In this document: positions 37,508 to 43,231 of the stretch, piece by piece
How the letters are laid out: each line of letters opens with the position of its first letter
How positions within the stretch are numbered: position 1 is the stretch's first letter
Sequence record: DRR723986_3159
Reading direction: 5' to 3' (one strand)
DNA length: 43,231 nucleotides
The notes under the pieces: generated by a model
What the model was told of the DNA's origin: nothing
Database searches by the model: none
The model's input: the letters and a program-made list of their open reading frames with translations, nothing else
Translations under genes and position numbers: made by a program

Positions 37508-38005
37508 ATGACCGTTGTTTCTTCCATCCGCACCTCGACCGGTAAGCTGGCCGCCGGTGCCTTCCTGGCGCTCAGCCTGTCTCTGGCAGGTTGCGCCTCG
37601 ACATCCGGCGTTGGTACGGCCAGCCCGGGCGCTGTCGGCCAGGCGTCCACCGTCTATCACGGCACCGTCACCTCGGTCCGTGAAGTGACCATCAAGCGTG
37701 ACAGCTCGATCATCGGCACCGCCACCGGCGCCGTGCTTGGCGGCCTTGCAGGTTCTGAGCTTGGCGGTGGCGACAAGGCCCAGACGGCTGGCGCCATTGG
37801 CGGCGCAGTCCTCGGCGGCATCGTCGGCAACGAAGCCGGCAAGGCTGTCGGCACGTCGAAAGCCTTCGCCTACATCGTCCGCTTCTCCAGCGGCGAGAGC
37901 AAGGAAATCATCCAGGGCGCAGACGTCTACATCGCCCCCGGCACACCGGTTGACATCATCGCTGGTGCCGACGGCTGGAAGCTGATCCCGGCGGCGGCGT
38001 ACTAA
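37508..38005 (+). CDS. Glycine-zipper 2TM outer-membrane lipoprotein (SlyB/Pcp-like)
   Basis: Lipobox LAGC; GAVLGGLAGS..GGG...GAIGGAVLGGIVG. Confidence 0.88.
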   Translation: MTVVSSIRTSTGKLAAGAFLALSLSLAGCASTSGVGTASPGAVGQASTVYHGTVTSVREVTIKRDSSIIGTATGAVLGGLAGSELGGGDKAQTAGAIGGAVLGGIVGNEAGKAVGTSKAFAYIVRFSSGESKEIIQGADVYIAPGTPVDIIAGADGWKLIPAAAY

Positions 38006-38036
38006 GCGCAACCCGTTCAATCGGAAGCAGATGCGG

Positions 38037-38066
38037 AACGCCGGGCGCCTTGTGTGCCCGGCGTTT
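38037..38066 (+). terminator. Probable terminator hairpin after the lipoprotein gene
   Basis: AACGCCGGGCGC-cttgt-GTGCCCGGCGTTT with a short U-tract. Confidence 0.6.
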
Positions 38067-38084
38067 CCCATTTAGGGAGTCTCT

Positions 38085-38753
38085 ATGCGCGACGTACTGA
38101 TTTCACCTTCGATTCTTTCCGCAGACTTTGCCTGTCTCGGTGAGGAAATCCGGGCCATCGACCATGCTGGCGCCGACATGATCCACATCGATGTCATGGA
38201 CGGCCATTTCGTGCCGAACCTGACCTTCGGCCCGCCCGTGATCGAGAAGCTCCGTCCGCATACGAAGAAGCCGTTCGACGTGCACCTGATGATCGCGCCC
38301 GTGGATCCGTTCATCCACGCCTTTGCCAAGGCGGGCGCCAACATCCTGACCGTGCATCCGGAGGCAGGCCCGCACCTGCACCGCACGCTGCAGGCGATCC
38401 GCGCAGCAGGCATGAAGCCGGGCGTCGCGCTGAACCCGGCCACGCCAGCCAGCATCATTGAGCCGGTCATCGACGATATCGATCTGGTCCTTGTCATGTC
38501 GGTAAATCCCGGCTTTGGCGGGCAGGCCTTCATCGAAAGCCAGCTGCGCAAGGTCGAGCAGCTACGCAGAATGATCGACCAGACCGGACGCGATATCATT
38601 CTCGAAATCGATGGCGGCCTGAACGCCGAAACCTCTCCCCGTGCCATCGCCGCCGGAGTCACGGCCATCGTCGCCGGGTCTGCCGTGTTCAAGGGCGGCC
38701 CGACGGCCTATGCCGATAATATCCGAGCCTTGAGACCCAGCGTACACGCTTAG
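38085..38753 (+). CDS. rpe: Ribulose-phosphate 3-epimerase
   Basis: [47 protein letters not shown]. Confidence 0.97.
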   Translation: MRDVLISPSILSADFACLGEEIRAIDHAGADMIHIDVMDGHFVPNLTFGPPVIEKLRPHTKKPFDVHLMIAPVDPFIHAFAKAGANILTVHPEAGPHLHRTLQAIRAAGMKPGVALNPATPASIIEPVIDDIDLVLVMSVNPGFGGQAFIESQLRKVEQLRRMIDQTGRDIILEIDGGLNAETSPRAIAAGVTAIVAGSAVFKGGPTAYADNIRALRPSVHA

Positions 38754-38771
38754 GAAGATTGGACGCGTCCC

Positions 38772-40502
38772 GTGTCAGGTGGAGACAGCCAATACGCTGC
38801 TGAACGGGCCCCGCGATCGGGAGCGGACGATGCTGCGCTCTGGCGGCGCTTCCGGGGCGTTGGCGGGGAGGATGCCAAGATCGGTGCCGTCCAGCGCCTG
38901 AAACAGACCAGCCCCGTCCCGCAGGGCTTCACGCTTCACCTGGCAGATATCGTCCCACCCGACACGCTGCGCGGCGAAGCGCTGATGCGCGATGTCTGGC
39001 GAATTGGCATGTCGCGCATGACGCTGGAGCCGGGGCAAAGCCCATGGTCGGTGCCCATGCCGTCCAAACATGTCGCCGACAGGCTGCACCGGTTTGCCTG
39101 GCTGCCGGACCTTTTCTCGCAAGGCGAAGAAGGCGCTGTCCGGGCACGGGCCCATGTCGATTCCTGGATCGAGATGTTCGGCGGGTTCAACGGCTTTGCC
39201 TGGCGCATCGATCCGACGGCTGCGCGCCTCTGGCACTGGCTGCGCTGCGGCGAAGACCTGTTCGAGGAAGGTCCGGAACCGGCCCGGCAGGCGCGCCTTG
39301 CCTGCCTGCTGCACCAGCTGCGCTACCTTGAGAGCCAGTCCGATGCCGCCGTCGATCCGAAAGCCCGCTGGATGGCCGCCATTGTGCAGGTCGCAGGGGC
39401 GCTTTGTTTCAACAACCGGCCCGCCCTTGGCCTTGCCCTCGACCGGCTGGATGCGGAATGCACCGCGCAGATCCTGCCGGATGGCGGGCATGTCAGTCGC
39501 GCCCCGTCTCGCCTCCTGTTCTGCCTGTTGCAATTGCAGGCCCTGGAGGAATTGCTGAACCGGGCCGGGATCGAGCCGCCCGACTATTTCGCCAAATGGA
39601 TTCCGCGGATGGGCGCCATGCTGGCCTTCTTCCAGACCAGTGACGGCGCGCTGAACCCGTTCAATGACGGCGATGAGTCCCGCCCGGAAGTGGTCGAAGC
39701 GGCGCTCGCCCGCCTGCCCGCCCCGCCACGGCGTTTCACATTCGCCCCGAAATCCGGCTTCCAGAAGCTGGAGAAACAGGGGCTTCGCCTCGTGCTCGAT
39801 TGCGGCGAAGCACCGGGCCTGCCGTTCGGCGACCAGGCCCATGCCGGCGCGCTGGGGTTTGAGCTGTCAGATGGCAATTCCCGCATCGTGACCTCCTGCG
39901 GGTTCAGCGCCGAGGTGAACATCGACTGGCAAGCTGCCGTGCGCCGCACCAGCGCGCACTCGACGCTCATTCTGTCCGGCCGGGATTCAGCAACATTTTC
40001 GCTGAACGAGGCGACGCGCCTCCTGTCGGCCAGCGGACCGGACGGGATTTCGGCCAAACGGCTCGAAGAGTCGGATGAAATCTGGCTCGATGCCCAGCAT
40101 GGCGGATACAAGCCGGCCCACGGCCTGCTGCACCGGCGGCGCCTGTTCATGGCCGGCAACGGACGGCGCCTTGCGGGTGAGGATTCGCTGGTCCGACCGA
40201 TTTCTCAGGCCCCGGCAGAAGACCGGAAATTCATAAATTTCGAAATTCGCTTCCATCTGCACCCAACCGTGGAAGCGGTGATGGGAAAAGATGCGATTCG
40301 CTTAATATGCGAAAATGGGGCTGTATGGCGCTTCAAAACGAGTCATGAAGGGGCAAGACTCGAACGGACGGCCTATCTCGCCCGAGGCGTAGTTGAACGC
40401 CCCGAGCAAATTGTGATCGCTGGCTTTGCGGATCCGAATAGTGACGGAACCGAACCGCCAAACTGCGTCCGCTGGGCCTTTGTGAAGGAACCGAGTGCAT
40501 GA
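38772..40502 (+). CDS. Heparinase II/III family protein
   Basis: QILPDGGHVSR, F..SDGAL..FN, HAGALGFELS, R.TSAHSTL, H.RRL, IRFHLHP. Confidence 0.85.
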   Translation: MSGGDSQYAAERAPRSGADDAALWRRFRGVGGEDAKIGAVQRLKQTSPVPQGFTLHLADIVPPDTLRGEALMRDVWRIGMSRMTLEPGQSPWSVPMPSKHVADRLHRFAWLPDLFSQGEEGAVRARAHVDSWIEMFGGFNGFAWRIDPTAARLWHWLRCGEDLFEEGPEPARQARLACLLHQLRYLESQSDAAVDPKARWMAAIVQVAGALCFNNRPALGLALDRLDAECTAQILPDGGHVSRAPSRLLFCLLQLQALEELLNRAGIEPPDYFAKWIPRMGAMLAFFQTSDGALNPFNDGDESRPEVVEAALARLPAPPRRFTFAPKSGFQKLEKQGLRLVLDCGEAPGLPFGDQAHAGALGFELSDGNSRIVTSCGFSAEVNIDWQAAVRRTSAHSTLILSGRDSATFSLNEATRLLSASGPDGISAKRLEESDEIWLDAQHGGYKPAHGLLHRRRLFMAGNGRRLAGEDSLVRPISQAPAEDRKFINFEIRFHLHPTVEAVMGKDAIRLICENGAVWRFKTSHEGARLERTAYLARGVVERPEQIVIAGFADPNSDGTEPPNCVRWAFVKEPSA

Positions 40503-42391
40503 CGCCTCAACGTGCCGCACGCAGAGCCATGTACCTGACCCTGGGGTTCGACCTCAGCGCGGCTGCTGCGGCCATGGTCCTGTCCAATGTGTTGTTCTGG
40601 TGGACCGGGGAACCGCGTGGGGAATTCCCGGTCAGCTCCACCCTACTCAGCACCGTGTGTTTCACCGCCGCCGTCGCCACCGGTTTCCTCGTGCTGCGTA
40701 TCCAGACGCAGGTGTGGCGGCATATTGGCTGGCCGGATGCCGTGCGGATCATGCAGGCCATTGCACTGTCAGGCCTGATCTTCCTGCCGATTGCCGGCCT
40801 GCTCAACGGCGCGCTGTCCCAGCCCTGGGGCATCCTGCTCACCGCCTTGCTGATCTGGACGATCGGCCTGTTCACCGGGCGGATGGTTGCCTTGTCCCGC
40901 TCGACCCGTAAGCCTCTGCAGATATTCAGCCCCGTCGCCCGGGATGCCCGGCAGATCCTGCTGATCGGGGACGTGCCGAGCTGTATCGGCGTGATACGGC
41001 GCCTGCAGACACCGACGGAGACCCAGAACTTCCGGCTGCTGGGCCTGATCGATACGGACGGCAATGATCCGGGCCGGGCCATTCGCGGCGTGCCAATTAT
41101 GGGCGGTCTCGATGAATTGTCGAACGTGCTCGATGTGCTGACGGTCCGTTACGGGCATACGCCCTGGGTCGCCGTCACGGGCGCGGCCCGTGACCGCAAG
41201 ACCATGATGCAGATCCTGGAAACGACCTCTGCGCACGGCACGCAGATCATGGCGCTTTCCGGGGAAGAAACCGCCCAGCTTCTGGAGAAGGTGCGCCCGG
41301 CGGACCTTCTGGCCCGGCCTGAGCGCCGCCTGAACATCGCCCCGGTCCTCAACAGGATCGAAGGGTCGCGTGTCCTGATCACCGGTGGCGGCGGCACGAT
41401 CGGGTCCGAACTTGCCCGCCAGGTCGCAGGCCTGAAACCCAGCCAGCTGACCATCATCGATTCCTGCGAATTCAATCTCTACAGCATCGACATGGAACTG
41501 ACGAAACAGTTCCCAGACATGGCGATCTGTTCGCGTCTCGGTGATGTGCGTGACGCCCAGCGCGTGCGCGACATCTTCCAGACGGCCCAGCCCGAATTCG
41601 TGATCCACGCCGCCGCGCTGAAGCATGTGCCGTTGATGGAACGCAATGTCTGCGAAGCCATCCTGACCAATGTGGAAGGCGCCGTGAACTGTGCCCGGGC
41701 CGCTGCAGCCGTCGGCGCAGGCAGCTTCGTCTTCATCTCGACCGACAAGGCTGTGGACCCGGACAATGTCATGGGCGCCACCAAGCGCCTCGCCGAGATC
41801 GCCATTTCCCGCATCGCCGAGGAATCCGGCATGGCCGCCGCCATGGTCCGGTTCGGCAATGTGCTTGGCTCGTCGGGATCGGTGGTGCCGCTGTTCGAAA
41901 AACAGATCGCCGATGGCGGCCCGGTCACCATCACAGATATGGGCGTGACCCGCTATTTCATGACGGTGGAAGAAGCTTCTTCCCTCGTCCTGCAGGCCGG
42001 TGTCCTGCAGCATACGGGCGGGCATTCGGACATTTACGTCCTCGACATGGGCGAGCCGATGCCCATCCTGCAGCTGGCCGAGACGCTGATCCGCCTGAAG
42101 GGCCTCATTCCCGGCGTCGATATTGAAATCACCCAGACCGGCCTGCGGGCGGGCGAAAAGATGCACGAGGCGCTGACCTACGAACACGAGACCGTGGTCC
42201 GTACCGATGTCGATGGCGTCCTGCGCGTTGTCAGCCGGACGCCCACATCGGAACTGTTCGACAAGCAGCTTTCCGTCCTCGTCGAGGCCGCCAGCCGCCG
42301 TGAACGGTCTGAGGCGCTGCGCATGCTGGGCATGATGGTGCCGGAGTATGGCGTGGAAAGGGCTGCAAAAGCCTTCAAGGACATCGCTTGA
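40499..42391 (+). CDS. Polysaccharide biosynthesis nucleotide-sugar dehydratase (CapD/WbpM/PglF-like)
   Basis: N-terminal TM segments; ITGGGGTIGSEL, HAAALKHVP, ISTDKAV, MGATKR, VRFGNVLGSSGSVVPLF, GLRAGEKMHE. Confidence 0.93.
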   Translation: MTPQRAARRAMYLTLGFDLSAAAAAMVLSNVLFWWTGEPRGEFPVSSTLLSTVCFTAAVATGFLVLRIQTQVWRHIGWPDAVRIMQAIALSGLIFLPIAGLLNGALSQPWGILLTALLIWTIGLFTGRMVALSRSTRKPLQIFSPVARDARQILLIGDVPSCIGVIRRLQTPTETQNFRLLGLIDTDGNDPGRAIRGVPIMGGLDELSNVLDVLTVRYGHTPWVAVTGAARDRKTMMQILETTSAHGTQIMALSGEETAQLLEKVRPADLLARPERRLNIAPVLNRIEGSRVLITGGGGTIGSELARQVAGLKPSQLTIIDSCEFNLYSIDMELTKQFPDMAICSRLGDVRDAQRVRDIFQTAQPEFVIHAAALKHVPLMERNVCEAILTNVEGAVNCARAAAAVGAGSFVFISTDKAVDPDNVMGATKRLAEIAISRIAEESGMAAAMVRFGNVLGSSGSVVPLFEKQIADGGPVTITDMGVTRYFMTVEEASSLVLQAGVLQHTGGHSDIYVLDMGEPMPILQLAETLIRLKGLIPGVDIEITQTGLRAGEKMHEALTYEHETVVRTDVDGVLRVVSRTPTSELFDKQLSVLVEAASRRERSEALRMLGMMVPEYGVERAAKAFKDIA

Positions 42392-42415
42392 CGCCCTGCC
42401 CTGCCGTGCTACCCC
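42388..42415 (+). promoter_or_regulatory. Putative housekeeping promoter of purH
   Basis: TTGACG...GCTACC, resembling the Caulobacter sigma70 consensus TTGACG/GCTA. Confidence 0.5.
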
Positions 42416-42451
42416 GCGCGGCAACAAATTGTCCTTCCTGGAGAACTTCTC

Positions 42452-43231
42452 ATGTCCGACGCCGCCAGCGGAGCCCCCGTCCGTATTCGCCGTGCCCTCC
42501 TGTCCGTTTCCGACAAGACCGGCCTTGTGGAGCAGGCGAAGAAGCTCGCTGAAAAAGGCGTTGAACTTGTGTCCACCGGCGGCACGTCGAAACTGCTCAA
42601 GGAAGCGGGGCTCGACGTGAAAGACGTCGCGGACCTGACCGGCTTTCCGGAAATGATGGACGGCCGCGTGAAGACGCTGCACCCGGCGGTGCATGGCGGC
42701 CTGCTCTATCTGCGCGACAACCCGTCCCATGTGAAAGACGCCGAGACCCACGGCATCGGCGCGATCGATCTGATCTACGTCAATCTCTACCCGTTCGAGA
42801 CGACGGTCGCTTCCGGCGCGGACTTCGAGACCTGTATCGAGAACATCGACATCGGCGGGCCGGCCATGCTGCGCGCGGCGGCCAAGAATGGCGCCTTCGT
42901 CGCGGTCTGCACCGATGGCGGCGATGTCGACAAGGTGCTGGCAGAAATGGACGCGAATGACGGCGAAGTCAGCGTTGCACTCTGCCGCAAGCTCGCCGCC
43001 AAGACTTATGCCCGCACCGCCGCATACGACGCCGCGATCTCCTCCTGGTATGCGGACCAGCTGGGCGATACGGCGCCGGACTGGGCCGCGCTCGGCGGCA
43101 AGCTGCAGCAGAGCCTGCGCTATGGTGAGAACCCGCACCAGAAGGCCGCCTTCTATGTCACCGGCGAGAAACGCCCCGGCGTCGCCACGGCGAAACAGCT
43201 GCAGGGCAAGGAGCTTTCCTACAACAACATC
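42452..43231 (+). CDS. purH: Bifunctional AICAR transformylase/IMP cyclohydrolase (3' end runs off the window)
   Basis: [64 protein letters not shown]. Confidence 0.97.
   Translation, partial: MSDAASGAPVRIRRALLSVSDKTGLVEQAKKLAEKGVELVSTGGTSKLLKEAGLDVKDVADLTGFPEMMDGRVKTLHPAVHGGLLYLRDNPSHVKDAETHGIGAIDLIYVNLYPFETTVASGADFETCIENIDIGGPAMLRAAAKNGAFVAVCTDGGDVDKVLAEMDANDGEVSVALCRKLAAKTYARTAAYDAAISSWYADQLGDTAPDWAALGGKLQQSLRYGENPHQKAAFYVTGEKRPGVATAKQLQGKELSYNNI

Noticed and set aside
42392-42451. ZTP riboswitch upstream of purH
   Set aside because: The gap is only 60 nt, is occupied by a promoter-like sequence, and lacks the motif.

Overview
GC-rich alphaproteobacterial chromosome segment; gene content and order suggest Hyphomonadaceae/Caulobacterales (inference). 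It is mostly housekeeping genes: thrS (partial), yidD, an IscU-like scaffold, cysS, folE, rppH, ctpA, envC, yccA, thpR, hemC-hemD-mitofilin-hemY, htpX, rsmB-like, rpe, a heparinase-like/CapD-like pair and purH (partial). A ~5.1 kb lower-GC relic island sits at the 3' end of tRNA-Thr(CGT), bounded by an 18/20 direct repeat. It carries two PilZ genes flanking a small membrane protein, a LysR gene, two IS3 relics and a DUF5681-like pseudogene. The main finding is a 16-codon ORF missing from the ORF track, MFAPAFPFCRRCCCCR (4547->4497, minus strand). It lies 77 nt upstream of cysteinyl-tRNA synthetase, appears leaderless, and is a candidate cysteine-sensing attenuator. The divergent folE leader also folds into three hairpins plus a possible pseudoknot at the ribosome-binding site, a candidate riboswitch. 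All calls come from reading the sequence by eye; no searches were run.
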